A stretch of 28,278 nt of DNA, from the NCBI GenBank assembly GCA_963706025.1, contig CAVPLM010000015.1:1-28278 (forward strand). The letters are read 5' to 3'. The position numbers and the translations under genes were made by a program. This DNA comes from an uncultured Actinomycetes bacterium (GTDB taxonomy: Bacteria > Actinomycetota > Thermoleophilia > RBG-16-64-13). Of this stretch, positions 19,038 to 28,278 are shown one piece after another (position 1 is the first letter of the stretch; each line of letters starts with the position of its first letter). The notes beneath the pieces were generated by a model, which searched no databases, was not told the origin of the DNA, and saw only the letters and a list, made by a program, of their open reading frames with translations.

Positions 19038-20036
19038 TCAATCGCGCTCGAACGGTATCCCCAGACTTCGCGGTTGGACCACCCGCATCGAGCGGAGCAC
19101 GCGGGCTACCACCCGCCGGGATGGTTCAGGCAGGGCGGCCAGCACCTTCTCCACCCATTCGGCGTTGCCGATATTCACCAGCAAGAGCGCGAGGATCATG
19201 AGGGGGAAGGGCGCCACCTGCAGGACCTGGGACGGGATGCCCTGCAGGTCCGGTTGGAGCACTACGCTCAGCCACTGCAGGAATCCGAACAGATAGGCAC
19301 CGAGGGCGACGCGGACGGGGCTCCACGCCCCAAAGATGACGATGGCTAGAACGATCCACCCCAGTCCGTCCAGCCCCGAGATCGTCCCCTTCCAGCCGGC
19401 CTTGACACTGAGCGAGAACATGGGACCGGCCAGCCCGACCAGCGCGCCTCCCAGAGCGGTGTAGAAATAGCGGATGACGTTGACCCGGGCCCCGCGGGCG
19501 AAGGCGGCCTCCGGACGCTCTCCCACAGCCCGCAGAACCAGACCGGGCCGAGTGCGGAAGATCCACCAAGAGGCCACGAAGATCAACGCGAAGCTGAAGT
19601 AGGTCATGACGTCGTGCTTGAAGAAGAGCGTGCCCAGGATGGGTATGTTCTCCAGTCCGGGTATGGGCCGGAGCGAAAGCGTGGGGCCCTGTTCGCCCAT
19701 GTAGGGATTGCCCAGGAAGTAGGCCAGATCCCGACAGAAGAGCGTGAGCACGAAGCCCACGGCCACCTGCGATTGACGGAGGGTGATGCTGCCGAAGGCT
19801 ACCACCAGGGCCACCGCGGCCCCGATGACGCATCCGGCCAGGAAGCCGAGCACGAGGCTGTCGGTGGTGAGCGCCACCACGAAGCTGCCCATGGCCGAAA
19901 GGAGTATGGTCCCGTTCACGGAAAGGTTGATGATCCCGGCCCTCTCGGTCAGGGTCTCGCCGATGGCGGCCACCACGATGGGCGCCGCCGTCGCCAGCAC
20001 CCCCGCCAGACCTATGAGCCAGGTGGTGGCGTCCAC
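19038..20036 (-). CDS. Nucleoside/sugar (CUT2-type) ABC transporter permease
   Basis: GETLTERAGIINLSVNG, TRPGLVLRAVGERPEAA, GLGWIVLAIVIFGAWSP; hydrophobic throughout. Confidence 0.92.
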   Translation of the reverse strand: MDATTWLIGLAGVLATAAPIVVAAIGETLTERAGIINLSVNGTILLSAMGSFVVALTTDSLVLGFLAGCVIGAAVALVVAFGSITLRQSQVAVGFVLTLFCRDLAYFLGNPYMGEQGPTLSLRPIPGLENIPILGTLFFKHDVMTYFSFALIFVASWWIFRTRPGLVLRAVGERPEAAFARGARVNVIRYFYTALGGALVGLAGPMFSLSVKAGWKGTISGLDGLGWIVLAIVIFGAWSPVRVALGAYLFGFLQWLSVVLQPDLQGIPSQVLQVAPFPLMILALLLVNIGNAEWVEKVLAALPEPSRRVVARVLRSMRVVQPRSLGIPFERD

Positions 20037-20040
20037 GGGG

Positions 20041-21255
20041 CTACCCTGGGCTTCCCGGATTAGGGGTACCCACGCCCAGGCTGGCCGGCAGGTGCACCTC
20101 AGCCGGCTCCAGCAGCGCTTCCCCTCCCGTCGACGCCCCGGGCGGCGCCATCGAGGCGTCGGCGGCCCGCTTGCGGCGCAGGTAGCGCTGCCGCGCCCCC
20201 TCGACCAGGATCACGAAGAGCACCAACGCGCCCTGCAGCACTCCCGCGAGAGTGGAGTCGAGCTTGAGGACGATAGGCAACTGGATGCTGCCTATGTTGA
20301 GGGCGGCGAAGAACAGCGCCACCGGGGCTACCCATATGGCTCGGTACAAGATGAGCATCCCCACCATCAGGCCCAAGAACCCGTAGCCGCTCGAGATCGA
20401 GGGGATGAGACGGTGATAGACGCTCGTCACCTGGATGGCCCCCGCCAGACCGGCCAGCCCGCCGCAGAAGAGGAAGGCCAGCAGACCGTATTGCCAGGTA
20501 GGTACGCCCAGGAGGAAGGCGGCCCGGTTGTTGAGGCCCACCGCCTTCAGGCGCAGACCGAAGTAGGTGCGTTCGAGGAGGATGTAGACGACTATCACCG
20601 CCAGGATACCCAGCCCGAGCGACCACAGGCTGAGGCGCAGGCCGCCCACCGTGGGCAGAGACAGCTGGTCGGGGAAGGGTTCGGTGCCGCTCATCGAGCC
20701 GATCCCGGGTCGCTTCCAGGGTCCGAAGATGAGCCACAGGGTGAGAGCCGTGGCCACGTAGTTGAGCCCCAGGCCCCCGAAGATCTCGTTCACTCCGCCG
20801 AAGGTCTTCAGGATGCCGGCCAGTGCGGCCCACAGGCCTCCGCCGACGACGCCGGCGATCATGGCCAGCACGATGATGAGCGCGGGGGAGAGGGCCGTGT
20901 CCTGCAGCAGGCGCAAGACCCAGGTGGTGAGCACCGCGCCCAGGACGATCTGTCCTTCCACCCCGATGTTCCACAGGCCGGCCGCGAAGGTGATGAGGAC
21001 GCCGGCCGCCGCCAGCAGGAGCGGGACCCAGGCCACCAGGACGTTCGAGAAGCTGCTGAGCGAACCAACAGCCCCCTTGGCGATCTGCACGTAGGCCTCA
21101 AACGGTGGGGCTCCCGCCACCAGGAGGATGAGACTGGTGATCAGGAAAGCCAGTACCAGGGCGCCCAACTGTATGCCCAGATTGATCCAGGTCTGGCGGG
21201 TGAAATGGGCGCGGCCCCGGGCGTCCTGGGGAGAGTCCGGGGCCGTCTCAGCCAT
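20041..21255 (-). CDS. Nucleoside/sugar ABC transporter permease
   Basis: AGLWNIGVEGQ, GVNEI, TYFGLRLKAVGLN and GYGFLGL. Probable ATG at 21255 (MAETAP). It reads in frame with the ATPase in this assembly. Confidence 0.88.
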   Translation of the reverse strand: MAETAPDSPQDARGRAHFTRQTWINLGIQLGALVLAFLITSLILLVAGAPPFEAYVQIAKGAVGSLSSFSNVLVAWVPLLLAAAGVLITFAAGLWNIGVEGQIVLGAVLTTWVLRLLQDTALSPALIIVLAMIAGVVGGGLWAALAGILKTFGGVNEIFGGLGLNYVATALTLWLIFGPWKRPGIGSMSGTEPFPDQLSLPTVGGLRLSLWSLGLGILAVIVVYILLERTYFGLRLKAVGLNNRAAFLLGVPTWQYGLLAFLFCGGLAGLAGAIQVTSVYHRLIPSISSGYGFLGLMVGMLILYRAIWVAPVALFFAALNIGSIQLPIVLKLDSTLAGVLQGALVLFVILVEGARQRYLRRKRAADASMAPPGASTGGEALLEPAEVHLPASLGVGTPNPGSPG

Positions 21256-22754
21256 CCCCGCCCCCGGCGCCGCCTCTCGCCGAACCGCCTTCGAGGCGCC
21301 TCCTCCGATGAGCTGCCCCAGCTCCTGCACCGTCGTGGTAGCCGCGTCGAGCGGCCCCGATACGTTCCCGGCGAAGAACACCAGTATGCGGTCGCTGTAG
21401 CGGAGAAGCTCCTCGAGATCGCTCGACGCGAAGATGATGGCCCCACCTTGGTTGCAGCGGTCTTTGAGCTTGCTCCACAGGTAGATGACCGACTCGATGT
21501 CCAGGCCCCGGGTGGGGTGCTCGAGAAGCATCAACTTGGCCCCGGCTTTGACCAGGGCAAGCAGGGCCCGTTGCTGGTTGCCTCCCGACAGCGACTCGAC
21601 CTTGTTGGCGGGCGTTCCCCGTATGTTGAACTCGGCGATACGCTCCTGGGCCAGGCGGCGGCCCTTCTCACGGTCGATGAACAGACCGGGCTTCGGCTGG
21701 GTGAGCAGGAAATGGTCGGTCAGGCTGAGACCGGGGATCAGGCCCTCTTCCAAGCGGCTGGCCGGAACGTAGGCGACGCCCTTTCTCTTGAAATGACGGT
21801 AGTTCTTGCCGGTGAGATCGACGTTCTCGAACGACAAACGCCCGCCGGTGACCGGCACCAGCCCGGCACACGCCCGCAAGAGCAGGCTTTGGCCGCTGCC
21901 TTCCATTCCCGCGAGCCCTATGGTCTCGCCTGCGCGCACCTCGAGATCGACCCCGTGGATGCGGAGGCGACCGTGCTCGGCTTCCAGCGCGGACAGCCGC
22001 AGCAACGTCTCGCCGGGCGTGCAGGCTACCCGCTCTCCCGGAGAGATCTCGCGCTCGAACATCATGGTCACAAGTCGTTGCACTTCAAACGGGGGCAGCG
22101 CCTCCCCGACGAGGCGGCCCTGTCTGAGCACCGCCACCCTCGTGCACAGGTCCTGGATCTCGTCCAGTTTGTGGGACACGAAGATCACGGTCTTCCCCTG
22201 GGCGGCCAGGCGACGTAAGGTCTCGAAACAGCTCGGCCCTCTGCCGCGCGCTGATCCCGGTGGTAGGCTCGTCGAGGATAAGGACCCCGGCTCCCAACCA
22301 GAGGAGGCGGAGTAGTTCGAGCTGCTGCCGCTCGCCCACGGTCAGGGACGCGACCTCGGCCTTCAGGTCGATCGAGAGTCCGAGCGAACGCGGCCAACTC
22401 CTCGATGGCGGCGGTGGCCTCTGCCCGGCGGGGGACTATCCGGCCGGGCGCGCCGATGAGCAGATTGTCGACCACCCGCATGGGGGGGAAGTCGAGGGGG
22501 TCCTGGTGGAGCATGCCCACGCCGTGCCGGATGGCGTCTGCCGGGGTACGCATCGCCACCCTGTTCCCGTCCAGGAAGATGTGGCCGCTGTCTGCCGGCT
22601 GGAAGCCGGACAGGATCTTCATGAGCGTGCTCTTGCCGGCCCCGTTCTCTCCCAAGATCCCTTGGATCGTGCCGGCAGGCACGGTGAGAGTGATCCCGTC
22701 GTTCGCTTTGACGGGACCGAAGTGCTTGTGGATATCGGTCAGTCGGACTTCCAC
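21248..22754 (-). CDS. Double-domain ABC ATPase (nucleoside transporter), frameshifted
   Basis: GENGAGKSTL, LILDEPT, second domain LSGGNQQR, EHPTRGLD and SSDLEEL. Frame changes at about 22220-22390. Confidence 0.9.
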
Positions 22755-22793
22755 GTGTCAGGGATCCTCAGGGTCGTTTCCTAGGGGAACCAG

Positions 22794-22822
22794 AAAGGGG
22801 AGACCGGCACGGTCTCCCCTTT
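22794..22822 (-). terminator. Hairpin terminator/stabiliser after the BMP gene
   Basis: aaaggggagaccg-gca-cggtctccccttt perfect stem, in the usual position after a substrate-binding protein gene. Confidence 0.75.
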
Positions 22823-22854
22823 GCTGGATACATCCTTCGCCAACGTTGGCGTGC

Positions 22855-24179
22855 TTATTCGGATGCGCTCTGGCCTTCCATGCCCTCCAACAGTTGGGGC
22901 AGGTACCAGATCTGTTGGTCGGTGGCGGTCTCCCCGTCGGCGAGGTAGGCGGTGCCGTCCTGCAGGTTCAGGGGGCCCTTCCAGAGGTTCAGACCTCCGG
23001 CCAGAGCCGCGATGAACTCATCCACCTTTGTGGAGGCATCGGCCGACAATCCTTCGCCCTTCTTGAAGCCCACGATGGAGGTGTCCGGGTTGTTGATGTC
23101 GGTCCAGTCGGGGCCCACCCAGTTCCAGAAGCTCGTCCATTGCCCGTCGCGGGCGGCGGTGACGGCCTTCAGGTATTCCGGGCCCCAGTTGAAGTAAGGG
23201 ACACCCAGGGCGACCGTCGGGAGCTTCCTCCAGCGAGCCCACGAAGTCGTAGGGGATCGCCCACACCTGCTTGCCGGCGTCGGACAGCTTGCCGGCCTCG
23301 ACGAGGGCCTCGGTGGTGTCGATGCCGGAGATGACCACGTCATAGCCCTGATTGAAGAAGTTGTCGGCCACCTGGGTGGGATCGGAGGTGACGCCCGGGA
23401 TGTTGAACCAGAAACCGATCCAGTTGACGCTGAACTTCAGCTCGGCCGGGTCTTTCTTCAGATACTCGGTCCAGGCGTATCTAGCGCCCAGATAGACGGA
23501 AGCGGCCAGGCGGCGGGTCTCGTCGTTGATCAGCGGGCCCGAGATAGCCGATCTTGCCTGTCTGAGTGGTCAGGGCGGCGGCGACGCCGGCGATCATCTT
23601 GCCGTATTCCATCTTGCCCATGATGTTGCTCAGGTTGGGCAGGTCCTGGAAGTCCTTGCCGTCTTTCCAGGCGCCGTCGCCGGAGGTGTGGACGCACCGG
23701 GATGTCCGGGTGGGCCTTGGCGAAAGCGATGGCGCCGTCTTTCATGTCGTCAGAGGTGAAGAAGATCATCTTGGCGCCCTGGGCGAGCAGCTCTTCGGCC
23801 AGCTGCTCGACAGTGGTGCCCGGCCGGTCGGCGGAGTTGGCCTTGTCGACGTAGACCATCTTGGCGCCGGGGAGTTTCTCCTCGACGTAGAGGCCGCCTT
23901 CGTAGTTGGCCTGGCTCCAGCCGCTGTCGTTGTAGGGCCCCACGAGCACCATGCCGAAGGTGAACTCCTCGGGGGCCGGCTCGTCGGTGGTGGTCGTCGG
24001 CTGCTGCACCGACGGTCGTGGTGGTAGCAGGGGCGGCTGTGGTTGTGGTTTCGGTAGGGGCAGTGGTCGTCGTCTCTTCGGTGTCGTCGCCACACGCGGC
24101 GCGCGAACAGGCCGACGGCGACGAGTAGTATCACGAGTGCGCTGCAGATGAAGACGCGGCGTGATCGGGATGCGGGCAT
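22855..24179 (-). CDS. BMP-family ABC substrate-binding lipoprotein (purine/nucleoside type), frameshifted
   Basis: Signal peptide with a lipobox (..ACGDD after frame correction), Thr-rich linker, GMVLVGPYNDSGWSQANYEG, WIGFWF, YFNWGPEY and WYLPQLLEG. Confidence 0.88.
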
Positions 24180-24375
24180 TGCGGGGAGCACCTCACACTT
24201 CTTGTTCAGACTGACGCCCAACGGTCCAGCATGCGGAGAACCGCCGTCTGATGCTCGGTGTGACCTCCTTTCGTCCTCTCTCTCCAGCGCAGGCGCCCAC
24301 CGGCATGACGCCGAGGAACCTGAGCCATTCTAACCACTGGGGCCGCCGTGTTCCAGCGGTTGCCGGGTTCGGGGG

Positions 24376-25992
24376 TCAGAAGTCGATGATCTTCATCTCG
24401 TAGATCTCGTCCATCTCCAGACAGCGGTCGATGGCCTCCTGGGGCACGTCGTTGTCGAGCCCCAGGATCATGATCGAATCCGTGGAGACGTTGTCTATCG
24501 CCGCTCGAGGTGACCATCCGGGAGATGTTCACGCCGTACTCGCCCATGATGGTGCCCACCCGCCCGATGACGCCGGGGACGTTCCTGTGAGGGCGTAAGG
24601 CCAGCCTGCCCTCGGGCACGAAGGTGATGGGGAACTCCCCGATCTGCACGATGCGCGGGTGCCTGTGCTCCAGCACGGTGCCGGCGATGGCGAACTCCGG
24701 CCGTCGCCCTCGGTGACGATCATGCGGATGAGGTTGCGGTAGTCGCCGCTCTCCAGGGAGATGGTCTCGCTGCACCTCGATGCCCGATCTGCTCGGCCAG
24801 CAGGCCGGCGTTGACGAAGTTGACGGTCCGCGAGGCCATGCTGCCCTCGAGTATGCCCTTGAGCGCGACCAGCGAAAGGATCTTGGCGTCTTCCGGCTCG
24901 TCGATCTCCTTGCCGGCGAAGACGATCTCCACCCGCTTGACGCTTTCCCGCCGGATCTGCCGGTAGAGGATGCCCATCTGCTCGGCCAGCCGGATGAAGA
25001 CCTGCAGCTTGGCGAAGACTCCTCGGAGAGCGCGGGGATGTTGACGGCGTTCTTGACGATCTCGCCCTGGAGCCCGGCGATGACCTCGGCGACCACCTCT
25101 TCGCCCACCCGCCTCGAGGCCTCGAAGGTGGAGGCGCCCAGATGCGGCGTGCCCACCACGTGTCGAACTCGTAGAGCGGGTGGCTCTCCTGGGGCTCGTG
25201 CACCCAGGTGTCGACGCCCACGGAGGCGATGTGGCCCGACTTCAGCCCCCGGTAGAGGGCCTCCTCGTTGAAGAGGCCGCCGCGGGCGCAGTTGACCAGG
25301 CGCACGCCCGGCTTCATCAGCGCGATCTGCTCGTCGCTCGATCATGTTCAGGGTCTCTTTGGTGCGGGGCGTGTGGATGGTGATGAAGTCGGACTCGCGG
25401 AGCAGCTCCTCGAGCGTGGTCTTCTTCTCGACGTTCAGGTTGCGCGAAGCGGGAATCGGGGATGTAGGGGTCGTAGGCGATGACCCGCATGGCGAAGCCG
25501 CGGGCCCGCTGCGAGACCAACCCGCCGATGCGGCCCAGGCCGATGATGCCCAGGGTCTTGCCGTAGAGCTCGCTGCCCTCGAACTGCTTGCGGCCCCACT
25601 TGCCGCTCTTGATGAAGCGGTCGGCCCAGGGGATGTTGCGGCTGCTGGCCAGCAGCAGGCCCATGGTGTGCTCGGCGGCCGAGACGACGTTGCTCTCCGG
25701 CGTGTTGCAGACGATGACGCCCTTCTGCGTGGCGTAGGGGACGTCGATGTTGTCCAGCCCGGAGCCGGCCCTGCCCACGATGCGCAGGTTGGCGGCCGCG
25801 TCGAGAAGCTCCTTGTCGATGAGCGTCTCGCTGCGCACGATGATGCCGTGGTACTCGGGGATGATGGCGAGGAGCTCCTCGCTGAGTCAGGCGGTATCTT
25901 GACATCCACCTGGCAGCGGCCGACAGCAGAGCGATGGTTTCCTCGTCCATGAGTTCGGCGACGAGGACCTTGCATCTGCTGAGGTCTTCCAA
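24376..25992 (-). CDS. serA: D-3-phosphoglycerate dehydrogenase (long form with ASB and ACT domains), frameshifted
   Basis: TTG start after GGAGG. VRSET, GRAGSGLDNID, SAAEHT, GKTLGIIGLGRIG, NCARGGL, TPHLGAST, and ACT-like NVPGVIGRVGTIMGEYGVNISRM. Confidence 0.92.
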
Positions 25993-26103
25993 CCCGCCTC
26001 CGTCGCCGCGCGCGGCCGGCGCGCCGGGTTCACTTTGCGGCTCTAGGCTAGCACACGGCCGCGGCGTGCTTCCACAGGCTGGGGAGGCGGCAGAAGGGGC
26101 GGC

Positions 26104-26125
26104 GCGGCAGGCATACGCCTGCCGC
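26104..26125 (-). terminator. Hairpin downstream of the FTR gene
   Basis: gcggcaggc-atac-gcctgccgc perfect 9-bp stem; weak U-tract. Confidence 0.45.
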
Positions 26126-26158
26126 CCCCGCGCCCTCGAGAATCGAGTCCGATCCGAC

Positions 26159-26516
26159 TCAGGCGTCGCCGCCCGGCCAGTGCGAAGAAGAACTTCTCGG
26201 GCGGACGGCGCTCGGGCACCGTCACGTGGGGCACCGTCCCTTCGTTCCATTCCTTCGAGACATAGAGGTTGCAGTAGCAGCTGCCGTACTCCTTGACGTC
26301 GGCTTCGCGGTAGTCGCAGGGGCAGATGATGTCCTTGTCGGCTTCGCGGTCGCCGGAGGCCAGACGGCAGGGGCAGCACATGTAGCCGTAGCGTTCCTTG
26401 TTGGTGAGCAGACCGTCGATGAGCTCCATGATCAAATCATGGTTCTTGTTGAAGAAGTAGCCCTTGGGCTCGTTGACCTTCTTCAGCCGCTCGTAGATGT
26501 CTTCGACCGTGCTCAC
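26159..26516 (-). CDS. Ferredoxin-thioredoxin reductase catalytic subunit (FTR beta-like); stop approximate
   Basis: GLLTNKERYGYMCCPCR, DIICPC and YGSCYCNLYV give the CPC/CPC/CxC pattern. The GTG start overlaps the glutaredoxin stop (GTGA). Confidence 0.9.
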
Positions 26517-26766
26517 AGTCCCAACGCCTCCAGGATCTCGAGCTCGCGGTAACCGACGATCACCTTGTCGCCGATGAGGAGAGTGGGAAAGGACGCCTGC
26601 GGATTCACTTTGCGACTTCTTCGATGGTCTTGCCCATTTCGTCCCTGGGAAGAAGGTCCACGTCGACGAAGTCGTACTCGACGTTGTGCTCGTCCAGCAG
26701 CTTCTTGGCGTTCCTGCAGTGGCCGCAGGTGCTGAGCGCGTAAAGGAAGACCTTGGGTTGATCCAT
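26513..26766 (-). CDS. Glutaredoxin/NrdH-like protein (CGHC), frameshifted; not called by the ORF track
   Basis: Manual translation from the ATG at 26766: MDQPKVFLYALSTCGHCRNAKKLLDEHNVEYDFVDVD..SFPTLLIGDKVIVGY. RBS GAAAGG. Confidence 0.88.
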
Positions 26767-26795
26767 GTTCTCACCTTTCCGTTGTGACCGGGACC

Positions 26796-26824
26796 ACTAT
26801 ACCCGGTTATTGACAACATTGCGA
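26796..26824 (-). promoter_or_regulatory. Putative sigma70-type promoter for grx-FTR
   Basis: Minus strand TCGCAA-N17-TATAGT, 29 nt upstream of the ATG. Confidence 0.45.
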
Positions 26825-26866
26825 GAGGAGATACCCCAAGTAATCTTGAACGATGCCTCACGCAGC

Positions 26867-26895
26867 TTGACATATGGCCGTTGAAATATTAAGGT
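26867..26895 (+). promoter_or_regulatory. Putative sigma70-type promoter for the L,D-transpeptidase gene
   Basis: TTGACA (26867-26872)-N17-TAAGGT (26890-26895), followed by a GGAGG RBS and GTG at 26931. Confidence 0.7.
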
Positions 26896-26930
26896 GTCGG
26901 TTTCGTCCCATACGTGCCCGGGAGGGGATC

Positions 26931-28246
26931 GTGAACGGCCTTGCTAAGGCGCGGATACGTGTTTGGTTGATGGGGGTCCTTCGTCCTCGTCTTCGCCCTG
27001 GTCCGGGGGTTTTCGGCTGTCGCCGCCGCCCACCCGCGGATGTAAGGGGAGACCCGTGGTTGCCAAGGCAGTAGAGGCGTTGGCCGCGATGGGATCTCGC
27101 CGGCCGCGCCTCCGGCTCGTTCGTTCCCGCGGATCCGGTGACCCGGGCCCATTGGCAGACTTCTGGCCCGCACCCTCGCCTGCTGGCTTCGGGGGGACCC
27201 CGGTCTTCAACGACGTAGCCGTCGATGACTGGTACGCAGAGGCCGGTGGAGTCCCTGTACCGGGCCGGGATCGTGTCAGGCACCGGGGGGTCAGGCGGCC
27301 TTCTCTCCCTATGAGCCGGTCACCCGCGGGAGGACGCCATCGCTGGGTGGGTGGCCAGCGCTCAGAGAGTACCCGCGTGGCAAAGGACGCCGATTTCGTC
27401 GTGCCTTACCGGTTGCCACCGGTGCGAGCAAGGGGCTGTGGCTGGGCGGCTTCCGTGACCGCGCCATGATCAAGTCCAAGAACGCCTGGGCCGTCGCCAA
27501 CGGCTTTCGCCTGGGGATAACCAGTGGTGGAGCCTGACGGGTGGTTCTCTCCCCGACTTCGGCGCTCAGCCGGGCGCAGGGGCCGTGCTGATGCTCTACC
27601 GGGCCTTCGTGTTGCCCATCCAACCGCAGGACGCCGTCCCGGAGCCCGTGGAAGCCGAGTCCGGATACTCCCCGGTTTTGTCCATCGACTCAGAGCGGGC
27701 CGTTGGTGAGCTACGTGGAGTCCAGGCTGGCTGCCCTCAGCTACTTCCCCGGCGGGCCGTGGACGGGGTCTTCGACAGCCACACCCGCGATGCGGTGATG
27801 GCCTTCGAGAAGATCGAGAAGGGCTGAACAGGGATGGAGTGGTGGGGGCGGACGTCGGGAGCGTACTCCTTCGCCAACGCCTGGCTCCTCAAAACAAGAC
27901 TGCCGACGGGTGAAATCGGCATCGAGGTGGACCTCAACCCGGCCGGTGCTCATGCTTATTGACAACAACCAGGTCTGGAAGGTCGTGCACGTGTCCACGG
28001 GCAAGAGGGGCACCCGCACCGGACACTTCGCTTATTGAGCACCAAGATCCCGGGCACGGTCAAGCTGGTGACAACTCGTGGGGTGCATGTACTACCCTCG
28101 TACATTATGTCCCAGACGGCTATCCACGGATACCCGACGTCTCGCCCTGGCCCGCCAGTCACGGATGCGTCCGGGTGCCCGTGTGGATGGCCGAAGAGCT
28201 GTACGACGAGCTGCCCCTCGGGCTTCCGGTGGACGTGTACTACTAG
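26931..28246 (+). CDS. Secreted SLH-domain / peptidoglycan-binding L,D-transpeptidase (YkuD family), heavily frameshifted
   Basis: Signal peptide, SLH-like FNDVAVDDWYAEA..LYRAGIVSG, PG-binding-like VDGVFDSHTRDAVMAFEK, and YkuD catalytic motif SHGCVRV before the TAG at 28244-28246. Confidence 0.78.
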
Positions 28247-28278
28247 AGCCGAACTACCACGGTGGGACCACCAGAGCG

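Noticed and set aside
20041-22188. Apparent ABC ATPase-permease fusion (715 aa)
   Set aside because: An alternative-frame stop at 21248-21250 overlaps a plausible ATG at 21255 (ATGGCTGA), and the ATPase has other frameshifts. It is most likely an artefact, though reads are needed to be sure.
23985-24090. Low-complexity gtg/gtc triplet run
   Set aside because: It encodes the ordinary Thr-rich linker of the BMP lipoprotein.
27520-27830. TGA codons in the transpeptidase region as possible selenocysteine or recoding sites
   Set aside because: They fall just after frame slips and not at catalytic Cys positions; the catalytic HGC uses a normal TGC.

Overview
GC-rich bacterial chromosomal window, probably from an anaerobe (oxygen-sensitive activase, Hdr-type and FTR-type Fe-S proteins). 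Most genes lie on the minus strand and many are broken by apparent single-base indels, most simply read as long-read assembly errors. Left to right: zupT (runs off the left edge); an MMPL/RND transporter; a two-gene ATP-dependent activase/reductase pair with the PlsA/PlsR (Ger) ether-lipid synthase architecture; a 120-bp IS5-type MITE; an ion-transporter-superfamily antiporter divergent from a PucR regulator; ybjQ preceded by repeated covarying stem-loops; an operon of an HdrB-HdrC fusion, split (archaeal-type) glutamate synthase gltB1-B2-B3 and glnA; a BMP-family nucleoside ABC transporter; serA; a glutaredoxin/ferredoxin-thioredoxin reductase pair; and a divergent SLH/peptidoglycan-binding L,D-transpeptidase. 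Best candidates for something new: the HdrBC fusion coupled to GOGAT-GS with no gltD, the PlsAR-like pair linked to MMPL, and the tandem structured repeat upstream of ybjQ. All calls come from reading motifs by eye; no database searches were run.
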